Source: Azolla caroliniana (Eukaryota > Plantae > Polypodiophyta). From it: a stretch of DNA of 64,000 nucleotides. The DNA is taken from assembly GCA_043228905.1 (NCBI GenBank), contig JBHGNT010000004.1:5456001-5520000 (forward strand), in the 5' to 3' direction. This document shows positions 1-12,912 of the stretch, one piece after another (the stretch's first letter is position 1; every line of letters begins with the position of its first letter). The position numbers and the translations under genes are program-made. Below the pieces are notes generated by a model. That model saw nothing but the letters and a program-made list of their open reading frames with translations, was not told where the DNA came from and searched no databases.

Positions 1-1599
1 AATGGTTCATAGAGCCGTAATTTTATTCTATATACAAACAATGTCAAGTCAATTCTTTGAAGCCCTTTGTTTCTGTTTAAGTTGAACTGAAACTAATAGA
101 TATGTATTTCTTTCCATAATGCAAAGCACAATATCACACAATCTGAAGAAGAGAAGATAAACCATTAGGTATATTGTTATGTGTTTTGTGGCTTGCTGCA
201 TAATTGAGTTTTGAAACTTTTCAAACGTACTTCATAATATTTTGACAATAATCTATTAGGAATCAATGTTGGTATGTAATATTGCAAAGGTATTGATGTT
301 TAATATTTCTATTTATGCTACATACATCCATTATTAATTATGAGATCAAACAATAACATGATCAATCAAATTATAAGGTTTCTAATCTCGATCAATTTTG
401 ATAGGCCAATGATATGACACTATGAGGTTTGAATAACTACAAAACTCATTAGTATGATTGTTCATATAGATGATGTGTATGTTGTCATCAATTTGTTGTC
501 AAAGGTTTAGTTTATAAGAAAGTTTACCTTTCTTGGGCAATTTCAACCACATATTATGGTTAAAGTTATGTAGGGCTAAAACCAAGTTATCATCATAGTC
601 ATTACATTTTGTTTTTATAGCTTTCACCATTTCTTTCCATTTGTCATTGCATCTAAAGAATCTTCAAGTTGCTTTGAAAGCAATTGCATTGTTTCACTGA
701 TGATAATGTCCTTATTTGTGACCATCATGTATGCATGAAGTCTCCATCTTCAATTTCTATCAAAGTAATTGCATGATTTCATTAAGGATATTTTTATCTT
801 AGTGACCACGTTTGCATAATTTTACTCTCTTGGACTTGAACACTAAAAGCTTGATTTTGTAGTTATAACATGCACAAACGGAATGGTGAGGTGAGTGGTG
901 CAAATATGTTACAGAAAGGTGGAATACTTTGACACTATAGTATTTGTATCCTATTATAGAGTTTTGGTGTCTCAAAAGGAAACATATCCTAGTTAAATTG
1001 AAACAAGGGGTAGAACAATAGTCCAAAAGACTTCATGAGCTCTATAGGTCACAGTGACCAAGCCTAGGCGATTGTTTACCAAAAACATAGGTCTTCGTAA
1101 CGTCATAAGACCATGGGCCAGTTACAGACAAAAAAGCTTTTTGTGCTACTCATGTGATCCAAGTGAATAAAGTGAGCATAAACAAGAAACAAACATGAGA
1201 AAATATATTTCTACAGTGATTTATAAGAAATTGTTCAAGAAATTTTTACGTGTGAATTACGTGAATGAGAATGCTATGATCAGCAAATTACAATACGATG
1301 CTTGTTTATAAGCCTTTACCTGTCATAGTCACGATTTTGAAATTTAAAATTGAGTTTGGATAGTACTAACTAGATAGGATGTGCAATTTTGTGTCATAAT
1401 CATGAGATTGAGGAGCCGTAACCTCACATATCATAATGTGAAGCAAACACAAATTCCTTTGCTTCCTTGATTCATGTACTCCGTGCTCTAACCTCACAAG
1501 GAGTCATTTTAGGAAAATGTATGAGTAGGTGCTTTACACCTTAGTACTAACAAAGAAAATTGTCTTGTAAAGGTCTTTGAGTGGTAAGTCATCTCTCTC

Positions 1600-1758
1600 T
1601 CGTAATTAGTTTACCCTAGTGGTAAGTTGTTTACGCTACTAGCACTACATCTTAGGTTTGAAACCCAATTTTCTCACCTCTTACTTATTATACATATCTC
1701 CTAATTTACTAGATGCCATTGTGGAATGCAAGGGTTGAACCCAAGACCACATGGTCTC

Positions 1759-1760
<2 letters not shown>
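1600..1760. mobile_element. tRNA-derived SINE-like repeat (forward A/B-box head plus a convergent second tRNA-like unit)
   Basis: TACCCTAGTGGTAAG ... AGGTTTGAAACCC (A/B-box-like), followed by a reverse B-box GGGTTGAACCCAAGACC. Related copies at ~1810-1880, 14335-14395, 14425-14545, 14585-14790 and 20230-20320. Confidence 0.55.
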
Positions 1761-1793
<33 letters not shown>

Positions 1794-1896
1794 TCTCTCT
1801 CCCTCTTTTCTCGTAATTAGCTTACCCTAGTGGTAAGTTGTTAACACTACAAGTATTGCGTCTTGGGTTTGAAACCCAATTCTCTCTCTCTCTCTT

Positions 1897-2042
1897 TCTC
1901 TCAATGTGGTACTCGTTGCTTATAGGTGGGACAGAGAGCATATTATGCATTTGAGAACACATGCAATCTCTCTCTCAATTTGCTACTTGTTGCTTATAGG
2001 TGGGACAAAGAGCATATTATGCAGTTGAGAACACATGCAATC
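1897..2042. repeat. Tandem duplication of ~73 bp
   Basis: GTTGCTTATAGGTGGGACA(G/A)AGAGCATATTATGCA..TGAGAACACATGCAATC occurs twice in a row. Confidence 0.8.
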
Positions 2043-2819
2043 ATGGAGATATTAAGTGTTGGGTCCAAAAGAAATACATTTTCGACACTTCGGTGACACC
2101 GATGCTTCTTTATGCGTTCGAAGTATAAGATGGTAGCATCCCTAAATCTTCTTGGAAAGAGTTTGAAAATGTCCTAAAAATATTTTCTTACAAAGTTTCA
2201 ACAAGTTAAGAAATAAATGTTATACACCATCCTTCTCCTTGAGATGGGATCACTTTCTATTGAGGTCATGACCATGGTAAGGGTTGAACACATGCTTAAG
2301 GTTCGAAAAAGTTGAATCAAATGGGAAGTGGGCAAAAAGATCCAAAAGACGCATAAAAGCAAAATTTTGTGTTTTGATTGTATGCAAGAAACGAAAAATT
2401 AGTTTGGTAGATGGGATGCAACACACTTGCTTAAAAAGTCGAATCCCATGAGAAGCAGGCAAAAAGATTCAAAAGATATATTAAAGCAAAACTTTTTGTT
2501 CCAATTGGATGCAAGATATGAAAAAATAGTTTGATAGATGGGATGCAAGACGCTTGTTTCATGATGCAGTACTAGATTCCTCTAAAAATGAAGCCTTTTT
2601 TCAATGCCAATGTAACATGACATGAGACAATTGTGGAAGCTCACGCTTCCCACTTTATACTACACATGTTAAACCTAATTATTAAACCATATTCTTTGTT
2701 TAACGGGGAAATTGTACAAAATGATATATGTTAGAGCCTATCTCATTGTTTGCCATTCAAACCATTACTTCTATGCAACTTACCTCACATGTACTACAAT
2801 ATGAGACAAGGCATTGGGG

Positions 2820-3030
2820 CACAAGAGTTAGCAACAACTCGGTTCAAGCCTAAATCGAGCTGCTAAATCATTTTTAAATAGTTTGGTGGTTGGATTCAAG
2901 CTTGAGCTTCGCTAACCAATTTGAGCTCAGTTTGGCAAGACTCAAGTTGAACCGAACCGGATTGGATCATACTTAAATTGGTTTGGCTCAAGTTTGAAAA
3001 CTTCCAAACTAATTAAGGCACCAAACCGTT
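2820..3030. mobile_element. Degenerate copy of the intronic hAT-type MITE, in the opposite orientation
   Basis: Colinear with the reverse complement of 9756-10057 (CTCGGTTCAAGCCTAAA ... TTTGAGCTCAGTTTGGCAAG ... AAGTTGAACCGAACC). Termini are not recognisable. Confidence 0.65.
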
Positions 3031-3246
3031 GTCGATTTGTAGGCACAAGTGATGAAAGTGGTTGACTATGCATACTTTACCCTTAACAAGTTCCAGAGTT
3101 TGAATATTATACTTTGCTCCAAACAAGGTCAAACCGGTCAAGCCGAATCCTAACCATTGTCGATTTCCTAGGCACAAGTGATGAGAGTGGTCAACTATGG
3201 ATACTTTGCCCTAAACAAGTACGAGAGTTTGAGTATCACACTTTGA
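3022..3246. repeat. Direct duplication of ~95 bp (period ~130 bp)
   Basis: TTGTCGATTT..TAGGCACAAGTGATGA.AGTGGT..ACTATG.ATACTTT.CCCT.AACAAGT...AGAGTTTGA.TAT occurs twice. Confidence 0.75.
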
Positions 3247-3489
3247 TACAATGTTTTGCCTTTGATCATATGTATTACGTGAAATTTAATATTTTTGGTC
3301 TCATATCTCATATTTAACCTTGGAAGATGATAATAGAATCTATCTTATCTATCATATTTTTAATGTTGGGTTTGATATAAGGCAAGGTCTATTGATCGTA
3401 TTCAATCTTACCACATTACTAACATGAGTGTTAACTCTCGTAGATCCCTAACACTCCTTCACACTTAATCACACAACCTAGGTATTGAA

Positions 3490-3730
3490 GTTTGTATTAT
3501 GGAATCAGGGCTGCAAGGAAGGGTTAGTAGAGGATGAGTATCACTTGCTTTTTACATGTTTTACATAAGCTATGATGATATATTAAGAGGGTGTGATGAC
3601 TTAAGTGTCACACTAAAGAAAACCTAGAAGGTTAAGCTCATGTATGTATGCCTTATTCACACATCGAGACTTGGTGCTTCAAAGTATGGATATCCCTTCT
3701 TAAGAAGGAGACGCACATCAAGATAACTTT
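3490..3730 (+). mobile_element. Old 3' remnant of an RTE-X-like LINE
   Basis: Encodes a VEDEYHLLFTC zinc-finger fragment. A homologous remnant lies at ~19900-20170. Confidence 0.4.
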
Positions 3731-6700
3731 TGTACTTAGGTCCCATGGGTCAATATTGGCCTCTCTATGGATGCCAAAAATATCTATGTATCGGGTTAGG
3801 CCCTATCTCATAGATGATAATCAGTCCCTTGTAGATGTTAAAAATCTATTTATCTTCGTCTCTCATATGCTTTTCTTATTTATGATATAGGATGTATGCC
3901 GCCTAAGAAATTAGCATTATGCAAGATATCCAAGTATTTACTATTAAGGTCGAAATGCTCAAATAGACAAGACAAGAAGCACATGCATGGATAAGTGATA
4001 TGTTGTAACATAACTTGCCTTATGGTTGGAGTGCAAATTGGATCAAACCTTAATATAAAGGTGGAGATGTAATCAATGTTAACAACGATTATACAATCAT
4101 GGTCAGCTCACTAACAACAAAACTATTTAGATGTAGAATGAATTGAAAGATGAGTGCAAGGGCGAAAAAAATAAGTAAGAAAACTTATGAACAAGCTAGC
4201 TTTTGAAAATACCATAACATCATTGATCACATTCTCACTCTTTTAGTGTTAATTGGAGAAAGTTGCTTAAGAGGAGATGATTTCGAATGTTGTTTCCTAT
4301 ACTTTAAGCCTTTGATATGGTACCTCAAAACATTTTTGGAGGTTCATGGAACTTGGGATGTCACGTGAATATATGCTTGCAATTTCTCAAATCTAAAAAA
4401 ATATCGTATGTTATTTGCATATTAAATGGAATTTTTTGAGTCGCACTTGTCGTCTTGTATCGATGCATGATTGGCACTTGGCATCTATGCAAGCATGTCA
4501 TTTGGTGAACATGCATTAGCTTGTGTGAGGTGGTGACATGATTTTGGGCTTGGGTTATTGAGATTTATAGTTGGCTTTGTAATTCGATCATTAGGTGTCT
4601 AACATAAACCATCAACGAAATGATATAATTAGTTGCACACAATATTAGAGTTCAAAATGGTTTTCATGATGGATTCTAGACCATGAACAAGCTCAGTAAG
4701 ACGTGGAGGAGGAACCATACAATTTAGAATAAGGTTGAGGCATAAGGTTCCAAAAGTGATGTGTGGAACACTGGATGAAGATGTATGAGGACAATTTATC
4801 ATTATATGTCCTAAACCACCACAATATAGGCATAAATTATTTGCTTGGCATTATTGATTTTAAACTTCTAACAATGGCCCTTGAGGACATGCCACATCAA
4901 TCTCCGTTGTAGTGGGACAGCTTTTTATAATAGTTTTAGGTGCTTGAGAGATGTTTGAAGGTGCGACTGTTAGAATAGATGCTTACGCTTGCGTTGTCAT
5001 TGAGCTTAGTATTTGTTGTCCTATAGAACATAACTCAAATAGCCAATTAGCACCTTCTATTATTCAATTAATGGCCTCCATCAATGATTTTGGATTTTGG
5101 AATGAAATAAATACTTCATTCCATGACAAAATTGATTCATAAATGCTTCTTCATGATCTTGAGGAATATCATATGCAAGGAAGCAAATTGATGTATAAGC
5201 TAAGGCAATGTAATCTCCTTGTCTCAATCTTCAAATCTTGTTCATTGTTCTTCTTACATTATCTATATCACCAAAACTAGCTAGGGAGAACTTTTCTAAT
5301 AAGGGTGCAAATCATGTCAGTGTTGTACCTATTAGTAGTGTTCTTACCAACCTAACTCAAGTAGCATCTGTTGGATATATATATATATATATATTGGGAT
5401 GCATCTGTATGACAAAGTCCCACCATGTTTATAAATCCTAGACATTAAGATCAAGTACCATCAAACTTTCATGGTAGGCTAATCTTTGGTTCCTTGTGGG
5501 GGTTTTGGAAACCCAAATCTGGTTGACACAATGATGGTAGAGTTGCTTCAAAGATTAAGAAACATAAAAGCAAAATTTTCAACAATGGGATGAACACACT
5601 TGCTTCACAATATATAAATAGATTCCTCCGTGAACAAGGCCTTATTGTCTCACCAACATATCATGGCATGGAAAAATCTAGAGGCACATGCTTTACTCAT
5701 CATACTACATATGTTGCTATTAACTACAAAGGGCACACCTTGAAATAAGTGCTTGCCATGACACATGATCTTGAATCGACAAACATTCAAGCACTTGACA
5801 TGCCTTATCAATGCTATAAGATTTCGTATGCAGATAAATAATTACATGATTCCACTATGTCGATGATGTAGTATCTTGTATTGTTCAAGCATTCGTGGAA
5901 TTGGTATGCCCTTAGATGATATAGGGAGATTTTGTATTTGAACATTCCTATATTAATAAATCATCATTAAGGAAAAAGAAAAATTGTTCTATTTCCATTG
6001 TGCTTGGTTGCTTTGGTGCTCTTTCCCAACACATATCTTGACCTTAGATATTTATGCATTCCACATTAAATAATCTCTACATCTTTCCCTCAACCAGAAA
6101 ATCGTCATTCATTCTTAGCATTGCTTTCTCCGGAGTCTTCAATTTTCATAGCTTGAAAAACAAACCCAACTATTGCATCATAAGCCTCGGAGAAGGGGAT
6201 GTTGAAGTCTCAACCTTGATTTTTTGACGCTTCAGTTGACATCTCAAATAAGTAGCGTCAATTTTAGACTTAGAACATTCTCTTTGTATCCTTCCAATTT
6301 TATCACATGTCCCCCAAGGGACAGAAGAACATTCTCTCTCCTCTCTCTCTAGAAAGAAGCAAGCATGGTCACCTTGGATCAAATGTCACCATACAACATC
6401 TTCAACACGAATTTCTATCTTGGGTCTTTGATGATTGTACCATAAGAACTCTCTCTCACTCTCTCCCAACAGTTAAATCAATAGCATTCAAAAACACTAC
6501 AACTTAATTGCAATTAATTGAACTAATTTAGTGATATTGTAACATGGGCGGTGCAACATGTTGAAGCATTAACAATTAACCGAACTAATTAATTGTTTTG
6601 TGACATGGGAGGTGGGACATGTTGAAGTTTAAGCACCCATCAAGAAGAACATTGTCACTTGGTCAAAATTGCAACATCAATTCTCCCTTTAGCTAGTGTA

Positions 6701-6779
6701 AATATGTTGTTACTTGATGTTTGTCATCAAACATGAAAGGATTGCAACGTATCTCAATTATGAAAGAATCTTGATTTCC

Positions 6780-7070
6780 TCAACAATAGAAAATGACTTG
6801 GAATCTCTAATTTTAGGTCAGCCAATGTAAATTGCATAAATACCCCATGGTCTTGTCGTAAGATAACAATGTTATAGAACCTACAAATTTGGCGGAATGT
6901 TATTTCAAATTTGGTACCACTTACACTATATGATGCAATGAAGACTATTTACCGATTGCAAAGAAGCCACTATGAGTTATCAGTTCATGGATCTTTAGAG
7001 TCAATCCTAAGGGTAGACCTCGAGTAAAGATCTTCATTGAAGATGACAATTTAAATTGCCAATGTACCAT
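6780..7070 (-). mobile_element. Old L1-type LINE remnant (family B)
   Basis: Nucleotide similarity to 17010-17310 and 36930-37250 (the zf-RVT region of the L1 family). Confidence 0.5.
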
Positions 7071-9206
7071 GAATGAAATAGATTTGTTGTGTTTATTTGT
7101 GTTTTCTCAATAGAGAAGAGGGGTCATTTGTGAAGGATAGACATGTAAAAAGAAAATTTTGAAGGAAAATACAAAATTGAACTCACTAAATTTGAGAATA
7201 AGTGAATGTTCATGTAAGGGTATGCTCGGATTTAATCAAACAAATGATGAGTAACAAGGTTTGCTCAAGTAAATGTGTTTGTGATAGCATGTTAGCATTT
7301 GACAAATAAATGGTGAGTAGCTACACAAACTAGAACCAACAATGAGCATTGTTACTCGTCATTCACTTCAAACTCTGTACTTGAAGTTTTCTTAATTTCA
7401 TTATGAACAGTATGTCCCTATCCTATAAATTGTGACTTCATCCTACATCAAATATGGTCATCTTGAGGCATGAAATATAAAAATAATGTCAATTTACACA
7501 TCAGCATTCTCAAGGACAAATACTTGTACATCAAGGCCACGATAGCTTTATGACAAACAAGAACGAGTACCTACACAAACTTCAAACTTGATTAGATTTC
7601 TTTGCATTCCCCCTCCATATGCACTTTTATTTGTTTCATTTAAATAATATTTATTAAAGGTAAAGCACAAGTTAGGCCGAAAAGTTCCTGAAATCACTAG
7701 ACCTCATCTTATAATCCGGGGGAAGGGGGGTCTTCAAGCATTGAAGCATGAGAACAAAGCTGACTTATATCTTGGACTAGCCCAAGTAGACATGACATTC
7801 TTCTCTACAAGCATGCCGAACAACTTCCAAGTCATTGGACCACGTTGGTGCCTTTACCACGTATGACATGTGCTGACTCATGATTTACATTTTGAAGCTA
7901 CTACTTGGATTCGTTGTTGGGACAAGATTCTTCGCTACAGACATGTCCTTTAGTTCTTTCTCCAATTATCTTCTCAATGAATTCACAAGAAAACAATAGA
8001 TATGCTTTTGAGAGTACTATGAGGTAATAAAATACATTAACACTGACATTTGATATTTCATGACAACACATGTGTGTATATGTGAGACAGTGAATTATCG
8101 TGACTAAAGCAAGTTTTGTTATTTGGAATAGAATATTGGTTGGGGATCCAAAGTCTTTATATCGTAGAACTTTTTTGGATGCTAACATTTAGTAAAGCCA
8201 TTGGATGAACTACATACATTGCATGAAAGACAATAATATTCGCTCGAGAAATTCAAAGATGCAGTTTTTTGGTAAAATAAATGCATGTAATTCAATAGCC
8301 AAAGACACCAAGCTAAGTAAATATAATATAGAAAACTCCGAAGGATACATACACATTTCATGCAATCGATTTTGAGTTTATAAAACTCTAAAGACAATGC
8401 AATGCCATTATTTCAATATTCAAACCTTGCCTTACAAAAAATGAATATCTGAAAACATATTCTCTCGCACAATGATTTTTGCCATCTTCATCCCCATTCA
8501 TCACAAACTTCAGAATGAATATCTATAGCACGATGGGATGATCAGAGGCAGATCACAATATCTATAGCATGAAGTTCGAAATCCGCCTTTAGAAGCACAC
8601 AAGGTGTTGTACGTATGTTGTCGACAAGAATAAGAATAATTGGATCACCACCAAAATCATGGTGTGATAAATAACAAAAACAATAAAAGATATTATGGAA
8701 CACTTTGATGTATTAAAAGAGTTCACAAATCCTCAAAATAGCAACATATGGATGAACATCTAGCTATATAGACATCATTGCACATCTTTTTTGGACCAGC
8801 AAAATATGGCTCCATTCATGATCCATGTGTTTTACACGACACAATTTATATGGTAATGTTTCGCACTAACATATCAACAAGAATTTGGAGGCACTTGGCT
8901 ATTCAACAAAGAGCCCATTGCAAAACAAAGAAGAAAAGAACACACCCAAATATTAGTGAAGATACACATGGAGCAATTGTTAGTCAGATTGCATCGGAAG
9001 GGAAGGAGATAATCTCGATTCTCCCAAACAAAAACATTTTAAATAAACTTTTCCAAACCTTGGGTTATCAAGAACTGGTTAATGTACCAATTGATATGGA
9101 AATCCTTCACCCAAGAGGAATTCTTTTCTTTCATTTTGAAAACCTTCAGTAAATGCAATTTCCATTTGGATCACAAATATAATATCTCAGTCATAGCCAT
9201 TTTTAC

Positions 9207-9566
9207 TCATATCTCGGATCCAAGTTCCGAGGTATCCGAAGGAGCCCTTTTCCCTTTTTTCTTCGATTTTTTCTCTTTGTTTTTCCGTTTCTTCACATCC
9301 ATACTCGTCCATACATAGTCATTCGGGATGGCAAATGGGTCGGACACCTCATCATGATGCTCCTCGACGTTCGATCCCGACATCCCAGCCACTTTACTTG
9401 CCGAGCCTTTTATCCACGAGAACCACGAGTTCCCATGCTGTTCACCATCTTTGGATTTAGGATCAGGACTACTCGGCGGAGTCGCAAACTCCTCGTTCGA
9501 TCTAAGCTCTTCAAACTTTGTAAACGTTACTATCACTCTTATAGTTGGGACAACCGGAATGGCAAC
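9207..9566 (-). CDS. ANKRD13: Ankyrin repeat domain-containing protein 13 family, coding exon 2 (terminal)
   Basis: Acceptor TTTCAG|GTT, phase 0. Continues PPGTFPVK with VAIPVVPTIRVIVTFTKFEEL ... EEFATPPSSP ... DPFAIPNDYVW, the conserved C-terminus of plant ANKRD13 (GPCR-chaperone domain). Stop TGA at 9207. Confidence 0.93.
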   Translation of the reverse strand, partial: VAIPVVPTIRVIVTFTKFEELRSNEEFATPPSSPDPKSKDGEQHGNSWFSWIKGSASKVAGMSGSNVEEHHDEVSDPFAIPNDYVWTSMDVKKRKNKEKKSKKKGKRAPSDTSELGSEI

Positions 9567-9755
9567 CTGAAACACATGAAGGAAATGTGTAAGAAATCAA
9601 TGAGACCAAAATAAATGTAAGCATAAATGCATAACTGAAGACAAAAACAATATATGCTCATACTCCAAAAGGAAGGCCGTCCAATAGTTAATGGACCTAA
9701 CTCTAACATTTACGTTAATTAAATCCTTGTTTGTAGCTGTGTGTGTGACTATGCT

Positions 9756-10057
9756 TAGGAATCCCTAACGGTTCGGTTTAGGCTTAACCGGTTTGGCCTT
9801 GTCCAAACCAAACCAGTTTGACAGTTTTCAAACTTGAACGGAACCTGTTCCTAAACCGGTTAAGGCAAACCAGTTTGGACAAACTGGTTTGCCTTAACCG
9901 GTTTGTCACTAAAAGGTTCAGTTCAGCTTGACCCTTGCCAAACTGAACTCAAACCCGGTTAAGGAGGGTCAATCTTGAACCGATCCGAACCGCCAAACCG
10001 TTTATAAAAGGCGTAACGGTTCTGTTTAGGCTTGAGCCGAGCCTTAGCCAAGTCCTA
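9756..10057. mobile_element. hAT-type MITE (302 bp) in the ANKRD13 intron
   Basis: Perfect 8-bp TSD ACTATGCT (9748-9755 and 10058-10065), termini TAGGA...TCCTA, and many AACCG/CGGTT subterminal motifs. Confidence 0.85.
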
Positions 10058-10239
10058 ACTATGCTCATAATGGTTACTTACTACCAGCATTTCCACAGCT
10101 CATCTTATGTAGTCCATTGACACAAACATAAGCCCATGCCATTAGATCATGCGTAAACCATAGTCCCAATGAAGCAATCTAACAATAACAACTCATGTGT
10201 CCTATAGAACACTTCATATTATTTACGAAGAAAGCTTAC

Positions 10240-12021
10240 TTTAACAGGAAAAGTTCCAGGCGGGAGCTTCGTCGTGAATAATTCCCGTAGCCGACGAACG
10301 GCCTTCACTTTGTTTGCTAGAATGTCCAACAATGGAAGCAATTCTTCAGTCTTGAGAGGAAAGTTGGGTGTTAACCAAAGCACAGGACGTAACCCTTTCT
10401 TGTATTCACTCTCTCCGCTACCGTCATTTGTCGGGGTCACCCTCCTCTTCCGGATCGGTTCCTTGCTCATGAGCTTCTTGCTTTCTTTTTCCTTTCGAAA
10501 CAAGTAACTTTCTTCGGGCCGGAAATTTGAAGGCCGTGAATCGACGGACCTGCGTCCACGTTGAAGCTTGGCAGCTGCTTTCCTATGATCTTCTCTTAAG
10601 AGATTGCTTACTTTCTCGCCATCGATACACAATGAGTTTCTTGGTGGAGCTAGTTTCCTCATATCCTCGTGCTTGAAGTTCATTTTCTCGCTTTCCATAC
10701 ACAAGGAGCTTCTGGGAGGGGCCATCTTTTTTAGATCTTCATGCTTTACACTTCGCCTACCCCATCCAAACCATCCTTTCTTATCAGCCGCATTCTTCAT
10801 GTCCACGTCTAGACCCGAAACACAACTAAGGCGGGGGGGTTCATCGGCATCTTTCGAGCTCCAACTAGCTCGAGGCCTTCCATCTTCGAATAAGTCTTCA
10901 TTTACATCGGCATTATCCATTCGAAGAGCTGTCTCTAGCTGCTTCTTCTCCTCTTCGGTTAAAAGCTCAGAGTAATCTTCGGTGATCTCCCCATCGTCGC
11001 CATCCATCTCACCTGTTCCAAACAACTCCTCATCTGTCATGGCCCCGGGGACCCTCCTTGATTTCACACTAACCTGGACATGATGCATGTCGTAGACCTT
11101 CGCTTTCCACGCGCCCACCATCTCGGTTTTCTCTTGCCGTCTCCACGACAACTGAGGCACGAGTACGGCTTGGGTGACATCGATCCCGGGGCGATACATA
11201 TTGGTTTGCGACATGGCGGCTACTTCTTGGGCCGTTTCAGACTCGGTGGGTTGTGTTCCCGCCCCTTCCAGCGCGTTCATGGCCTCTTTGTCTTTGTGAT
11301 TCAGCATACAGAGGAATCCAGGGGAGAGCTTGCCATCATCGCTCCCTTCCCCAAGGAATAGGAAGGTCTGGTCGGACCTCTGGATTCGGAAACCATCGAA
11401 GCCGGCGAGGGTCATGTCGGCACGGAGGTTGGAGCCGCGCTTCCAGATGCGGTACGTGTCGGAAGGGGCAATGCGGCCGATGAAAGGGATGACGGAGCTC
11501 TCAAAATGGAAGGTGACCTCCATGTAGAAGTCCCGCATGCGGTGCATAGTGGCGATAACGCGGGGCAAGCGGCGGCACCATTTGGCCCAAGCCATGGGCT
11601 GGTAGTACCTCATAATGACCATGGCAATGGCTTCTTGCCGGGCGCAAATGGCTTCTTGGAGGGCCGACCAGCCCTGTTCGTTCTGAAGGCTCCAGTCGGC
11701 ACCCGATGACATGAGTATCTCGGCGGACACGGCATCCCCGAGGCGGACGGCCAAATGGAGGGGGGTCTCACGGCCCGGGACATCCCTCCGGTCGATCACG
11801 GCCGCCAGGGCCTCAGCACGCTGCTCCTCGGAGATGGCATCGGTCTCCGTTCGGATGTCCCCGGCATTGGCAAGCCGGGGAAGGGCCGATATGATCCTCC
11901 GGAGACTGGCGTAGTCCTTCCGTGCCACGGCATTGTGTACCGGGCTATGTGCGTACTTTGCTATGTCTTCTAGAATTCCTCCGCCTCCTCCTCCTCCCCC
12001 ACCACTGATGAAATGCGCCAT
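10240..12021 (-). CDS. ANKRD13: Ankyrin repeat domain-containing protein 13 family, coding exon 1
   Basis: ATG at 12021 (MAHFISGGGG). Ankyrin repeats SPVHNAV..RETPLHLAVRLGD..QNEQGWSALQEA, and conserved FYMEVTFHFESSVIPFIGRIAPSDTYRIWKRGSNLRADMTLAGFDG and FPLKTEELLPLLDILANKVKAVRRLRE. Donor AAA|GTAAGC at 10239. Spliced product is 713 aa. Confidence 0.95.
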
Positions 12022-12046
12022 AATCTTTCCGAACAAGAGCTAAAAA

Positions 12047-12268
12047 CTGTAATTTGTAACGAAACCTAACCCTAGACTCACCCCCCCAACAAGATCGATG
12101 GCTACCACTAACTAGATCAGTTAGACCTAACCCTAGAACCCCCCCCCCCCCACACACACAAGATCGATGGCTACCACTCACTAGATCAGACCACGGGTGG
12201 TGCTTGCTAGCTAGGCACAGCTAGACGGCAACAGCTGAAACGAGATGTGAAGATATGAAAGAACTCAC
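12047..12268 (-). other. Putative 5'-UTR intron of ANKRD13, containing a ~60-bp tandem duplication
   Basis: Strong donor CAG|GTGAGT at 12268 and acceptor TTACAG| at 12047, 25 nt upstream of the ATG. The duplicated unit is ACCTAACCCTAGA...CCCC..CAAGATCGATGGCTACCACT.ACTAGATCAG. Confidence 0.6.
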
Positions 12269-12791
12269 CTGTATTGTGTGGATGTGGTACTGGTTATGGC
12301 TTGAGGTTGGAGGTCCCTCGTGATTTTCCTAGGGGAATGTTGAGTTCCTGGATGGATGGGATGGGTCAGGTCCTTTGTGTCAGAAACCCTAGAAATGCAG
12401 AAGATGGAGGAGGAAGAAAGAATACGGTGAAAGATGGAACGAAGCAGAAAGAAAGAACTACTTAAACGATAATGAAGGAGTGGTGAAGTAGGTCCCGGAC
12501 CTCTGACAGACTGAGCTTCTCTTTCTCTCTCTCTTCCTTCCTCTCTGTCTCTCTCTCTGTCTAGTCTAATGCTCTGTAACGCTCAGAGATAAAATTATGC
12601 CCTAATAATCTTATGTATGTATGTATCTGTTTATTGTGTTTGTTTCTCTTTTGTTTTCCCCCCCGCCACTCTCAAAAAGGAGGAGAGAGCTCTGTGTATT
12701 TTACTACTCGGGTTCCGAGATTCCAACTCAGGGGGAAGGGGGAGGCGCTGTCAGAGAAACCCCATGGAAAGCTCCATCCTTCCATATCCTC

Positions 12792-12795
<4 letters not shown>

Positions 12796-12845
<50 letters not shown>

Positions 12846-12912
12846 AGAGAGCTCCAAGAAGAAGCAAGAAGAACAGAACAGAGCAGAGCTGAACAGAACA
12901 GAACAGAACAGA
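12796..12912. repeat. (CT)n and (GAACA)n microsatellites upstream of ANKRD13
   Basis: Directly visible. GA repeats are known BBR/BPC binding sites in plant promoters and 5' UTRs, but no function is shown here. Confidence 0.8.

Noticed and set aside
1-1500. Possible decayed transposon coding sequence (also ~4900-6500)
   Set aside because: The composition suggests old TE, but no diagnostic motif or boundary is recognisable.
10274-11973. Plus-strand ORFs opposite ANKRD13
   Set aside because: Antisense shadows of the real exon.
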